Shown: piece by piece, positions 39,771 to 49,970 of the stretch
Position numbering within the stretch: position 1 is the stretch's first letter
Layout: every line of letters starts with the position of its first letter
NCBI GenBank assembly: GCA_050011875.1
Contig: JBEKIG010000002.1
Location: 66,822 to 130,821 of the forward strand
Direction: 5' to 3'
Source of the DNA: Nitrososphaeria archaeon
GTDB taxonomy: Archaea > Thermoproteota > Nitrososphaeria > JACIWG01
Length of the DNA stretch: 64,000 nucleotides
Notes under the pieces: model-generated
Databases searched by the model: none
What the model saw: only the letters and a program-made list of their open reading frames with translations
What the model was told of the DNA's origin: nothing
Made by a program: the position numbers and the translations under genes

Positions 39771-42512
39771 CTATGATGGCTTTGGATTTTCGACTCGGAC
39801 CACACCATGCTTACCAGCTACCCGCCTCGGCAACACAACCCTCCAAAGGACCACAACAGCCACCAAGACAACAGCTATCAAAACAATCAAAATAGACGCG
39901 ATAACCCAGTTTATCGAGAAGCTTGCCTGCAGGCTCTCAGCAGAGTTCACCACCACGCTGACGCCGGTCTCGCTTGAAGACGTTGCACCAGACCAGCCGT
40001 CAAACTTGAACAGGAAAAACGCAGGACTAGCTGCAAGCTGAACAGTCGAACCCAAGGGCACAAACAGCGTCCTATTACTCGCACCACCCACCTTACCAGC
40101 AAGCGAGGCAGAGCTATAGGAAACGCTTCCGAAACTCGAAGAAACAACAGAGAGACCAGGATAGAACATAGCGCTTTCAAAGATAGGACCACGAACCGTA
40201 ACAGTGAACGGATTACTCACCCCCCCATACGAGCCGACCCCTGAACCATTCCAAAACTCGAACTGCCAACCACCATTTGAAGCAGCAGAAAGCTGAACCT
40301 GCTCACTGGAATTAAACCAATCCGACAAAGGAGACACGAAACCACCCTGCTGGCTGTTGGAAAGGACCTGAACATAATATTGGTGGTAGTATTGTAAGGT
40401 CGCGGTGGTAGGTCCCGAGACAGCCCCTGCGTCGGTCTGAGACGTAATCCACCTTTCAGATGAATTAGAACTGGAGAGAGGGTTAGTGACCGACCAAGAT
40501 GAACCATAATCAAACCAGTAAGAGATAGACATACTCATTAAGGTCGGCGAAAACTTCACACCATTCTGCAAGCCTGAGAATAGCGGGGCGGCTGGCGAAC
40601 CACCTCCAGACATAGAATACGCCAGAGTCCAAGCCACCTGGAAGTAATACGGAACAACTACCACAGACCCCGAAACAGTTCCCGAGGTTCCAGTAATGGC
40701 TATCCACCTTGTGTTGGAATCGGACCCTGCTAGCAAGGCTGTGAACGAATAGGATGAATTCGCGTCCGCCCAGTCAGTGAAATTCGCCACCCCCTGCATC
40801 TGCGACCCAAACCTGATGTAACCGACGGTTGGAGCAGTGTAGCCAGGCTGACCGGAGTTCTCAAAGGTGAAGCTAAACAGAACGTAGTACTGGTCGTAAT
40901 ATGTGAAAAGAACGGACTGGGCGGCGGAAACGGTTCCTGAGGTCACATCCTGAGTGTACCATCTATGCACGCTACTCGACCCCTGTAAGGGGTTCGAAAC
41001 AGACCAGAGCTGTCCGCTGTCAGCCCAATAGTCCGTGGGTGAGCCGAAGAGGCTAACAGCAGCCGTTGAGCCGAACTGAGTTAGGGTAAGATTGGGCGCG
41101 GAAGGAGCTCCTCTCCCTACTGTCGTATAGCTGGAAGTCAACCTGTACTGGTGGTAGTATGTTACAGAGAATGAAGTACTAGCGCTGACCACGCCAGTCG
41201 CAGACTGAGTGGCCCACCGTTCGTTTACGGACGATCCGGGCAACGGATTCTGAAAGGAATACAATGAGTTGGTGTCCATGTAGTAGGTGGTAGAATTAGT
41301 GGAAAGCTGGATGCTGTACTGAATCCCGCCGAAACTGTATGTGAAGGATGGTGCAGAATACCCACTTCCCCCACCTTGAACCAAATAATTCATGTTAACT
41401 GTGACAACACTATATACTCCCGTGGTGAACTGATACCCGTCAGAAGCCTCCGTGGCGTTATGGGATGAGACGTACTGCAATGTGTTCGGACTCGTGTAGG
41501 CGACGGGAGTATTCGTGGAAGCCAAGAATAACAATTGGCCAGTGCTCGGCACCCATTCATCCATCCACATCCAGGCGGAGGGTTGTGCAAAGTTGTTTTC
41601 CCAATATGTCACATTTGCCTCTCCTCCATAATATGTTGAGGAGTGCCACCATTCCGTCATAAGCCCGGTCCAGAAGCCGATACTGTTCGTTGGCGATGAA
41701 GTAAGGCCTATGAAATAAGAAGAGCCCTCCTGGTTGAACATCTTTACGGCCCCTGCCCCCGTATTATAATCATATGCTTGCATCACGACGTCGCCCCCAG
41801 AAAAGAACAGGTTAAGGAGGACTGTATCCCCCTTGTTCACGGCCCCTGAGAAGGACGATATTCCACCTCCGCTTGCTGGGTAGATTGAATTACCACTTGG
41901 GTCAAAGACTTCGTAATTCATGCTAAAGCCCGATGCGTAGCCGCCACTAGAAAAAGGCCAATTCCAAGAAAGGCCCACCTGATACCAATACCCCGTATCA
42001 GTAAGGCCACATAGCAGATAGCCCGGTCCGTAGCCGTTGCTGTCCGCCTGAGCCACCGCGGTGATGTTGTATGCCATGCTTGTGAAGTTCTGGGTGAAAG
42101 TTAACCCCAGCTGCTCGTCGTAAATCGCGGATGGTTGATTCTCAACTGGGTAATCCTGGTTGTTTACAGTAGACAGCTCCAAACCAGCCAATCGATGGCC
42201 TTGCGATTGACCCGCCGGAGAATCAGAGCTGAAAGATTCTGGTACGTTTGGACGACACATCGAGCAAGAGTAAGATCCATCCGAACCCAGCCCAGTTGAA
42301 ATGTTAACACCACCTGAAGAGGGATTCATGACGGAGGAAGTTGCTCCAAAAACGCCAACATGAGGCGCTGTCCAACCAAGAGCGACAAGCATTACAATTA
42401 ACAGAATGCAGAAACCTAATCCCTTGGTAATACGTCGAACTGGGCAACCTTGAATCTTAATCAAAGCCGGTTTCAACCTTCTCTTTACGCATCGACACCT
42501 TCGTGACTGCAA
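39771..42512 (-). CDS. Large secreted/cell-surface protein (S-layer or adhesin-like) with a C-terminal TM anchor
   Basis: This Ser/Thr/Gly/Tyr/Trp/Asn-rich ORF (913 aa in the ORF track) has an N-terminal hydrophobic signal. The likely start is TTG at 42464, giving MIKIQGCPVRRITKG followed by the h-region. The C-terminus has a TM helix and an RR..K tail. GC content is higher than in neighbouring genes. Confidence 0.6.
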   Translation of the reverse strand: MQSRRCRCVKRRLKPALIKIQGCPVRRITKGLGFCILLIVMLVALGWTAPHVGVFGATSSVMNPSSGGVNISTGLGSDGSYSCSMCRPNVPESFSSDSPAGQSQGHRLAGLELSTVNNQDYPVENQPSAIYDEQLGLTFTQNFTSMAYNITAVAQADSNGYGPGYLLCGLTDTGYWYQVGLSWNWPFSSGGYASGFSMNYEVFDPSGNSIYPASGGGISSFSGAVNKGDTVLLNLFFSGGDVVMQAYDYNTGAGAVKMFNQEGSSYFIGLTSSPTNSIGFWTGLMTEWWHSSTYYGGEANVTYWENNFAQPSAWMWMDEWVPSTGQLLFLASTNTPVAYTSPNTLQYVSSHNATEASDGYQFTTGVYSVVTVNMNYLVQGGGSGYSAPSFTYSFGGIQYSIQLSTNSTTYYMDTNSLYSFQNPLPGSSVNERWATQSATGVVSASTSFSVTYYHQYRLTSSYTTVGRGAPSAPNLTLTQFGSTAAVSLFGSPTDYWADSGQLWSVSNPLQGSSSVHRWYTQDVTSGTVSAAQSVLFTYYDQYYVLFSFTFENSGQPGYTAPTVGYIRFGSQMQGVANFTDWADANSSYSFTALLAGSDSNTRWIAITGTSGTVSGSVVVVPYYFQVAWTLAYSMSGGGSPAAPLFSGLQNGVKFSPTLMSMSISYWFDYGSSWSVTNPLSSSNSSERWITSQTDAGAVSGPTTATLQYYHQYYVQVLSNSQQGGFVSPLSDWFNSSEQVQLSAASNGGWQFEFWNGSGVGSYGGVSNPFTVTVRGPIFESAMFYPGLSVVSSSFGSVSYSSASLAGKVGGASNRTLFVPLGSTVQLAASPAFFLFKFDGWSGATSSSETGVSVVVNSAESLQASFSINWVIASILIVLIAVVLVAVVVLWRVVLPRRVAGKHGVVRVENPKPS

Positions 42513-43391
42513 ATGAAGTTTGAGTACCCGTGACTTCTGGTCGCAGAAAGTTCGACAAGAAGGAATCTCTTAAGCCATAAACGATAAACATCAGAGACAT
42601 TGTGTAATGCGTGTTAATAAATCTTAATTTCTGCCAGCCATTCCTTGATAAGCTTGAAAATTATGTTTACTTTGTTTCACGTTCGTTCTGATTTGTAGTA
42701 AGAATCGTGGTGCTCGAAGGAAAGGTCAAGATCCCCACAGTGAAGCGTTCGAATCTCTGTAAACAATCCAATCCTGGTTTGGGTAAGGCGGGATTCATAC
42801 CTAAATGGGTTCGAGTCCCTAAATGATGATCATATGATGCGGCGTCCGGGATTTAGCTCCGAACGGGTATGCAACAGTCAGAAATGATGCCGAGGGCCGG
42901 GTATTAACACAAATGTTTGGGTTCAAACACTACTTACGAAAATTAAATCTCTATTAAACTGGTGGATAAGGGTTCCTTTATATAGTAGGACCACTTCTTA
43001 TATTCGATAGCGATGCGTCTTAGTAGATTTGTTACTAACATGGAAGGATATCTGATTAAGAGCAGAGGCTATCAAAGCCGACTTCTAAATTTTAGAAACA
43101 TCTAACGAATCATGATTTTGGTCTATCTTTAGAATTGGCGATAGAATAAAAGATATAGTGTGGCTAGTTGACCTCTCGCTTTTTTTATATTAAGGAATAG
43201 ATTTATAATTTTATATACTCAATAAAGGATAATTGTATTTTGAAGGCATTGAATAATGATCCTGATAAAGACTTAGTTGAAAAACAAGAATTACATAGTT
43301 ACTTTCCTTCCACACATCCTGCATCTGACAATTGGGCCGATATTCATTTTCACACGTCTTGCATGCCTTCTCATAATGTCTCACATCAGAA

Positions 43392-45572
43392 TTAGTTCTC
43401 TATTCCATTATCTTCTCCAGTTTCTCCTCCCTGCAGAATTTTTAAGGTATTCTTTATTTCTTTCAATTCTTCACTTGATATGTCATAAAGCCTTGCGACG
43501 TTTTTGTCAAGTTCTTCTTCAACTTTTTCCAATTCTTCTTTAGCTTTTGGATCATTTCCTTCATGTGATATCTTTGCAAGTTCGTGTGCTTTTAGTGAAA
43601 GATTGGAGATATCAATATGGAGGGTATTATTTAAGTCAAATTTGGGAATATACACAACATTTGGTACATCTGTTGTAATATGAACCTCAAGCAGATAACT
43701 ACTGACAATTAACCTTGCAAATGAGGAGTTTAGGATTCCACATAGATAATGTGCTTCTTCTCTCGTTTTAGATGTTATCATAACTAAACCATGTGAAAGT
43801 GCTACAACTTTCTCACCTAAGAATCCATCATTGACGGGAGTTATTACTGAACATGAAAAGCTTGCTATACCTGAAATAGAACCTGCTATGTGCTTCCAAA
43901 CTATTTTATAGGGAGATAAAGATGGGCCAACATTAAAAAGCATGTAAAAAGGTATTTTTTCTATTTCTTTACTTTTGCCTTGATAGACAACCAATTTTGT
44001 CTTGAACGGTTCCCCTTTGCGACCTATCAGTTCTTCGTAGAAGCTTTTGAAATATGAGAATGTACCTGGATATCGTGCCTTTAGCTCAGAAATTGGTATT
44101 GTGTTTCCCTTCCAATCTGTGGGTAATAGAATATAGAGTTTGGGCTTATAATACCACATCTTTGCGTCCTTGCCACGTATTATGGGATAAACAAGGTCTT
44201 TTTCAACAACATGTTCTAACTTCTTTACTTTTGCTTTTGCAGTTTCACTTATATTTTCAACTAAGAGCTTATTTGCATTTTCACTTTTAATTTGTGCCCA
44301 AAAGACTGCATCAAGTCCGGTAAAGATACCTGAATGAGCCTTATAATCAGATGGCCGCATTATTCTCTGTGCGATTTCATAAGCTTTTTCGCTGATTATC
44401 ATCCATGGCGTTTCTGGGTTTCCCTTTTTTATAGGAGCTAAAATCATGCAATATCTTTTTATCGTCTCTCTTACTTCCTCTAAATCAGATTCTTGTGCAA
44501 CTCCTTTACTATTTTGACTACTCCACATAATACATGGAATGGGAAATTCAGTCTTACCACTTTTCTCGATTATGATCAGGGATGTCCTGTTAATTGCACC
44601 TTCAAATGGAAAAAGAGTGACTAAGTCATGGATTTTTAAAACGCTGCACGGGATTTTTCTTTCTTTTTCGTCAATACCATTTGCTAAAAATCTTCTGAAC
44701 CCCGCCCCCGCTTGAGTTTTATACAATGTAAAAGGTATTAGAAAAGCGAACTTACCATGATCTTTAACGTATCTGTCTAAACATCTTGCGGTAAAGAGCA
44801 TTGACATATCTCTCTTGGTTTTACCTAATCCCATTCCTTCTGTTTTTTCCAATAAACCATAACTGTCCCATAGTCTTTTAGTATCATCCCTATATTTTTC
44901 TGGCAAGCTTTCCCAGTTTATCCAAGGAGGATTTCCAACAACGTAATCAAATTTCTCTATTAAAAGGGGGGCGAAGGAGTTCTTCAGTAATCTCGTCCAA
45001 ATCTTGTTTTTTCCTTCTTTCTCAAGTTTCCTCATGAACATGTAAAGTCTTATCAGAGAGTCTATCGTTTCCCCTTTGACATTCTTTAAGGCGTTTTCCA
45101 AAAGTCCGCTGAATTGGTCTTTAGTGTAGTCACCTTTGAAACCTGTCTCAATAAACGCTAACACGGTCGGGAGCAACTTTTTATCAAGAACTTCAGAGGG
45201 AAACCAAAACTCGCCTACAGCAGTCCTTAGATATACTTCCCATTCACCAGAGAATGTAGGCTTCCTACTAACTAATATTGAGTCAGCCAAATATACTGGA
45301 ATATCGATATTCTGTCCAAACAGAAGCCTGTTCAATTCACCTAAAGCTAAGACATAGTTCGCTCTGGCAGCTAACACAGCTAAAGGATTAAGATCTATAC
45401 CAATCACATTATGGGTGATTTTGCTAAGTAATTCTCTTTTATCAGAATAGAATTCTCTCTCAGCCCAATCTTTTATTCTGTTTATTGCCAAAACTAGGAA
45501 GGTTCCTGAACCACATGCAGGATCCAAAATCCTTCTTTCTGGATTTCCATCAAAACCAACTTCATCAAGCAC
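43392..45572 (-). CDS. N6-adenine DNA methyltransferase / target-recognition portion (internal Met start) of the split type IIG gene
   Basis: Motif I precedes motif IV, the gamma-class order. A long C-terminal region is a candidate target-recognition domain. Confidence 0.65.
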   Translation of the reverse strand: MLDEVGFDGNPERRILDPACGSGTFLVLAINRIKDWAEREFYSDKRELLSKITHNVIGIDLNPLAVLAARANYVLALGELNRLLFGQNIDIPVYLADSILVSRKPTFSGEWEVYLRTAVGEFWFPSEVLDKKLLPTVLAFIETGFKGDYTKDQFSGLLENALKNVKGETIDSLIRLYMFMRKLEKEGKNKIWTRLLKNSFAPLLIEKFDYVVGNPPWINWESLPEKYRDDTKRLWDSYGLLEKTEGMGLGKTKRDMSMLFTARCLDRYVKDHGKFAFLIPFTLYKTQAGAGFRRFLANGIDEKERKIPCSVLKIHDLVTLFPFEGAINRTSLIIIEKSGKTEFPIPCIMWSSQNSKGVAQESDLEEVRETIKRYCMILAPIKKGNPETPWMIISEKAYEIAQRIMRPSDYKAHSGIFTGLDAVFWAQIKSENANKLLVENISETAKAKVKKLEHVVEKDLVYPIIRGKDAKMWYYKPKLYILLPTDWKGNTIPISELKARYPGTFSYFKSFYEELIGRKGEPFKTKLVVYQGKSKEIEKIPFYMLFNVGPSLSPYKIVWKHIAGSISGIASFSCSVITPVNDGFLGEKVVALSHGLVMITSKTREEAHYLCGILNSSFARLIVSSYLLEVHITTDVPNVVYIPKFDLNNTLHIDISNLSLKAHELAKISHEGNDPKAKEELEKVEEELDKNVARLYDISSEELKEIKNTLKILQGGETGEDNGIEN

Positions 45573-45716
45573 CAGTTCTCCTAACCAATCGGGCGTGAAG
45601 TATTCACCTAAGTCATGTCTAACTTTTTTGGGTAGGAGATTTTGATATAGCTGTTTGAAAAGGTCTTTTACTTTCTCTGGATAAAGTTCAGAAGTTCCTG
45701 GATCATATTCCTTAAG

Positions 45717-46706
45717 TTACTCTATGATGAGGATAAATGCGTCCGCAATTTCTTTACTCCATTCATCTAAATACCAGGCGAAATAATCGGCTTCAAACAA
45801 GTTTCTTATGCCAAGTTGGGCTATTATTCCCCCTTCTTCAAGATCCTCTAGCTCTTTCTTCATCTCATCCAGATCCATTTGATACGCAATTTCTATTCTG
45901 TCAAGAAAAGAGCCGAACATAGGGTTAAAGTAAGAAATCACTTCAGATGTGATCAACTTCATGATAAAAGTATAATATGCATGGGTAGCGAACATCAGTT
46001 TCTCAGGATCCATTACCTTAATGTCCTTCAGACCATAGTATTCCAAGAGGGCACTTAGTTTTTCCGGGGAGTAGGCGCAAACTTGAGAGAAAACCCTTCT
46101 CCAATCCTCAAAAAGCACGCTTGTCCTTTTAGATCTGCAGTTTGCCAAACTCGAATATATTTGAGTTACAACCTTCCTGCTCAGCTCCCCTGGCCCAAAG
46201 TCCATAACCAAAGCTTCAGGTTCGATCACTCGAAGCTTTAACCCTCTTATCGCCTTCAAAAGGACCTTAAGAGTTTCACTATTCACAGCAAGAGGCTTAT
46301 CCTGTTCTTCCCACTTGTTTTTTCTGAATCTTATAGTGGCAAAATTGTAACCATCTATTATGACACCAAACCATCTACCGAGAAGTTTAGGATCAACAGT
46401 TTCTTCCCTGATATACTTCTTCACCTGCTCCTTTGTTTTCTCAAATTCGTTTTGGTCATCAAGTTTCCTTGGCGCCTTAAATTCTATTATCACCTGCCCA
46501 TATAACGCATCTTTTCTAGCTCCAGAGATTATTGTGCGCTGTTCATATTTCGCTGGAGGAATATTCCACTTTTTTATTATTGGATCGAGCAACTTAACAA
46601 TTTCGATCTTTAGTTCTTCTTCGTTTTCTGCTACCGAAGCAGCTCTATTTATATCATTAGCCAATCCCTGTGTGTCCACCGTTTCTAAGCTAAGTTCAAC
46701 TCCCAC
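45717..46706 (-). CDS. N-terminal nuclease/helical portion of the split type IIG gene
   Basis: A Mrr/MmeI-like D...EXK motif is present, and the ORF ends at the in-frame TAA. Confidence 0.45.
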   Translation of the reverse strand: MGVELSLETVDTQGLANDINRAASVAENEEELKIEIVKLLDPIIKKWNIPPAKYEQRTIISGARKDALYGQVIIEFKAPRKLDDQNEFEKTKEQVKKYIREETVDPKLLGRWFGVIIDGYNFATIRFRKNKWEEQDKPLAVNSETLKVLLKAIRGLKLRVIEPEALVMDFGPGELSRKVVTQIYSSLANCRSKRTSVLFEDWRRVFSQVCAYSPEKLSALLEYYGLKDIKVMDPEKLMFATHAYYTFIMKLITSEVISYFNPMFGSFLDRIEIAYQMDLDEMKKELEDLEEGGIIAQLGIRNLFEADYFAWYLDEWSKEIADAFILIIE

Positions 46707-47008
46707 ATTAAATCAAAGAATTAATATTATTCGATATTTATAAATTTGATATTGACATGATATTCCTCAAGCCACTTCTGAAAGCCGGATAGGGCAGTCT
46801 ACATGTTTTCTACTTTTTAGATAATAAGCCTGTATAGAGTTTGCAGCCTCCATAAAATGGAGACTCCTACACGTTCACCTCACAGAGATAGACCTTTATA
46901 AAATCGGATCGGTAAAGAATTTCCCTTAACATCAAGCTGAAACCTGCTTCCCTCCAATACTAGACAATCTTTACCAAATTGGTTATGTCAATTTCTGAAT
47001 AAAATAAC

Positions 47009-47248
47009 GTGTTGAGCGACAGCGTTTTAAGATTTTTAGTTTTGGCTCAATCAGAAAAAATCGGAAACGCTAACGATAAACATTCCGCTTGCTGGCTCGG
47101 ACAGATCCCCCTGTGCAATATCGCGCATCATATCGCTCTCATGCAAAACGATAATAAGTTGAGCCAACAGGAAATAGTTATCGATAGCATTTTGTTTTAA
47201 AACGTGTTGAGCCAAACCAAATTTAGATGTTTGTCTTTAGCTCAATCA
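47009..47248. repeat. Two 45-bp palindromic-ended units (GTGTTGAGC...GCTCAATCA) 195 bp apart, plus an extra half-site
   Basis: Units at 47009-47053 and 47204-47248 are 32/45 identical and have perfectly conserved inverted ends (TTGAGC/GCTCAA). A third GTTGAGCC half-site lies at 47158. Confidence 0.4.
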
Positions 47249-47429
47249 ATTTTAAATGCACTTAACCGATTCGGCTATGACCCTTAACCAAATCAGTTAA
47301 GTTTATCCTTAACCAAATTGCGCCAAAAGTAGCGGGCAAGATAGACAACCCCTACACGAGGTACAGGGGAAGGAAGATCAATAACCGAGACTTTCTCTGG
47401 CTGTTCCCAGACCTTGGAAGGTGTTATAG

Positions 47430-47720
47430 ATGAGTGTGTCTGATAGTTTCTTTTCAGCACTATCAATCATTGCACCTTCGTCTGTTGAAATAGTAAAGAA
47501 GATACTTGAGAAGTGAAAGCTGTCTGACAGGGAGCTGGAGCTCCTGATTCTAGCTTCAATAAGCGAGCAGAACAAGACGATAGGTAGATTATTTGAAAAA
47601 TCAGAAAGTCAGTTTAAGGTCGTGTGTACAAACCAGGAGGCCATGCAAAGGAACATCCAGACTACTTTGATCGAGATAAAGAATCTAAAGCAGGACCTAT
47701 ATCGAAAGGGCGCTATTTAG
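47430..47720 (+). pseudogene. Small HTH-like gene fragment with an in-frame TGA
   Basis: The translation is MSVSDSFF..ILEK*KLSDRELELLILASISEQNKTIGRLF... The LuxR/sigma-70 region-4-like segment LSDRELELL follows an internal stop at 47514-47516. Confidence 0.25.
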
Positions 47721-48900
47721 GAAGTAACCAAACTGGTTATGTGTCCCTTACGTTTACCATATTAGTAAATGGCACCGTTTGCGTTGCCAGACTCGTTTCA
47801 TGACAAAAAAATCGCATGTTTTATCACTATTTTTTTTAGCTAAATTTGGCCTTGAAATGACCTTAAAAAATGTTTACCAATGGGAAATAGCTCACCCAGT
47901 GATTAAAGTATCCTAAAATCCCCTTTTGCCCCGTACTTATAACAGGAAGTATGCTATCTCAATGAGAAGAATGATTATGCATCCAACTCCGATAATCCAG
48001 ACGAATAATGTAATAGGAGAGTTTTAGCGACTTCTTCAGGATCTTCTCTCATCAGCTTCCCAATCTTCTGTGATCCGCTGTCTACGGTCTCCTGCCCCTT
48101 CACGATCTTATCAATTACGTCGACGCAAGCATCTATGATCCTAAATGCTACTTGTTTAAGACAGCCAAAACGTTAGATTTCCACAGCTCTTATATAACCC
48201 GAAAGTAGACTTCAATTTATAATTTTTTAGTCAATGCACCCTTCCATTATAAAACAACTTCAGGAGACCCTTTATTTTTTCCCTTTCATCATCAGTTGGC
48301 ATCCATCCAGTCTTCTTTTATTAGGTTCCCCAAGATTCTATCTAACGACTTTCTGCCATAAGGTTCACATGCACCATACGAGTCTCTCTTTGATATGCCT
48401 ACGAGTTTAGAGTATACTATGTATAGCATATATTCTATTATCATCAACAAAAAGATTATGAGTGTAGGGTAAACTAAGTGCTAACATTATTTTATGATTA
48501 ATGAGTGTTAGTAAGAAATTACATTAAATATAGTCTTTAAAGATTAAAGGAAATATTTGACGAGGCTGGATTAATAGTTTTAAGCAAACTTACAGTATCA
48601 GAATACGTGAGAAGATAATGTATGGTGCAAAGAGGAGCAAGAAGCAGAAAAAAAGATTAAAGAAAGGAAAAAGACGTTAAGTCTTCTGCTAGTTCTAGTG
48701 GAAAAGTATAATTAAGATATATAGAAACTTGTAATACAAAGAAGGTTAGAGCTCAATTCATATCAGCTAGACATTAAACAGACTTTAGCCCTCAAAGATT
48801 GGAGAGATACATTATAAAGTAAGTTTGTAAATTTTACAATATAACTATTATGTTGATATAAGTTGGAAATCTCACAGATATAGCACGAAGGACTTGTTGA

Positions 48901-49392
48901 CTAAACCTTATTATTTCGAGAGATGAAGTCTTCCTTATCTCCTGATAGTTGGTAAATATATGCTCCAATCTCCACCTTCCCTTCTCTTCTAAGTTTAGAA
49001 AAGAGCCAAGACAGTAAGCTAAACTGTTCTACTGTAAGTGGTGGGTCCTTATAACGTGATGGATCGCTGAAGACCCATTCACCTTCTCCCTGCTTATATG
49101 CCTTCCAAGGAAGCACGCTAAGTGCGGGTTCTTGAGCTTGTTGCGATACTATACTGGGCTGAAAGCTCTCTTCAGACGAGGATGTGGGAACTGGAGAAGG
49201 TTTTGTCCTCTTTAATCCTAAAACATAAACCAAGGTAATATCCTGAAATAGATTTCCTTTCTCATCCAGTTTTGGGATCGCCCTTTCTTTTATTGATAGA
49301 AGCTCCCAACCATTGAGAAGATGGTCATTTACTGCTTGAACTTCTGTTAGCTCTTTAACAGCTTCTATACCCCTATAATTTCGTTCATTCAT
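48901..49392 (-). CDS. Hypothetical two-domain protein with a Ser/Pro-rich linker
   Basis: A 163 aa ORF with no recognised motifs. Confidence 0.35.
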   Translation of the reverse strand: MNERNYRGIEAVKELTEVQAVNDHLLNGWELLSIKERAIPKLDEKGNLFQDITLVYVLGLKRTKPSPVPTSSSEESFQPSIVSQQAQEPALSVLPWKAYKQGEGEWVFSDPSRYKDPPLTVEQFSLLSWLFSKLRREGKVEIGAYIYQLSGDKEDFISRNNKV

Positions 49393-49970
49393 TGATTATA
49401 CCATCCTCTACTCGTTATATATGAGCGTAATGTTTTTCTTAAACCACTTTTCAAATCATATCAGCTGCCCTACTATCACTATTGTTTAATTCCTAATTAT
49501 TATGATCGACATTTAAATCTTTTGAAATATTCGGAAACTTGTCATGGAGGACTCAATAGAAGTTCATGTTCATTTAGAGGATCTTTTTTATATGCAAAGT
49601 TTATAGTTAATGTGTGTTGGCGAGGCTTATACTATGTTAGATTAGTTTGTCCCAATTAGCATAGTCATGTAGAGAGGCTAATACCTTAAATGTGTCATCT
49701 TACAATTCAACATGATAAAGCAGACCATGGTATTAATCTCTGGCTCGTCCTAGACGTGTTTAGGTATTCATTGTACCTCCACCGGGATATTAAAGGCTTG
49801 AAGTATGCAGAAACATCGAAATGGAAATAAGACCATAGTTGTTGGTCAACCCATTTGATCTGTCTGAATATTCTAAATTTTTGAAAAAATTCTTCCGTTT
49901 CTGATAAGTGATTTATCGATTAGAAATAATATTAAGACTATTTCTTTATAAGATGTAATAATAAAAGTAT

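Larger units (their letters stand above)
43392..46706 (-). pseudogene. Type IIG restriction-modification enzyme (N-terminal PD-(D/E)xK nuclease plus gamma-class N6-adenine methyltransferase) interrupted by an in-frame TAA
   Basis: ORFs 45717..46706 and 43392..45572 are in the same frame. They are separated only by a TAA at 45717-45719 and 48 open codons. Nuclease motif D-x8-EFK is present (DALYGQVIIEFK). Methyltransferase motif I is DPACGSGTFL and motif IV is NPPW. Confidence 0.55.

Noticed and set aside
42740-42830. Canonical tRNA around GGGTTCGAGTCCC.
   Set aside because: The T-stem can only form 3 bp. No complementary acceptor strands could be found on either strand.
42820-42900. C/D-box sRNA (two ATGATG(A/C) motifs).
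   Set aside because: No CUGA (D/D') boxes lie on the same strand in the required arrangement.
43277-43543. An 88 aa plus-strand ORF at the 3' end of the methyltransferase gene.
   Set aside because: It overlaps the methyltransferase C-terminus antisense and is Leu/Ile/Phe-rich in a way typical of AT-rich antisense frames.
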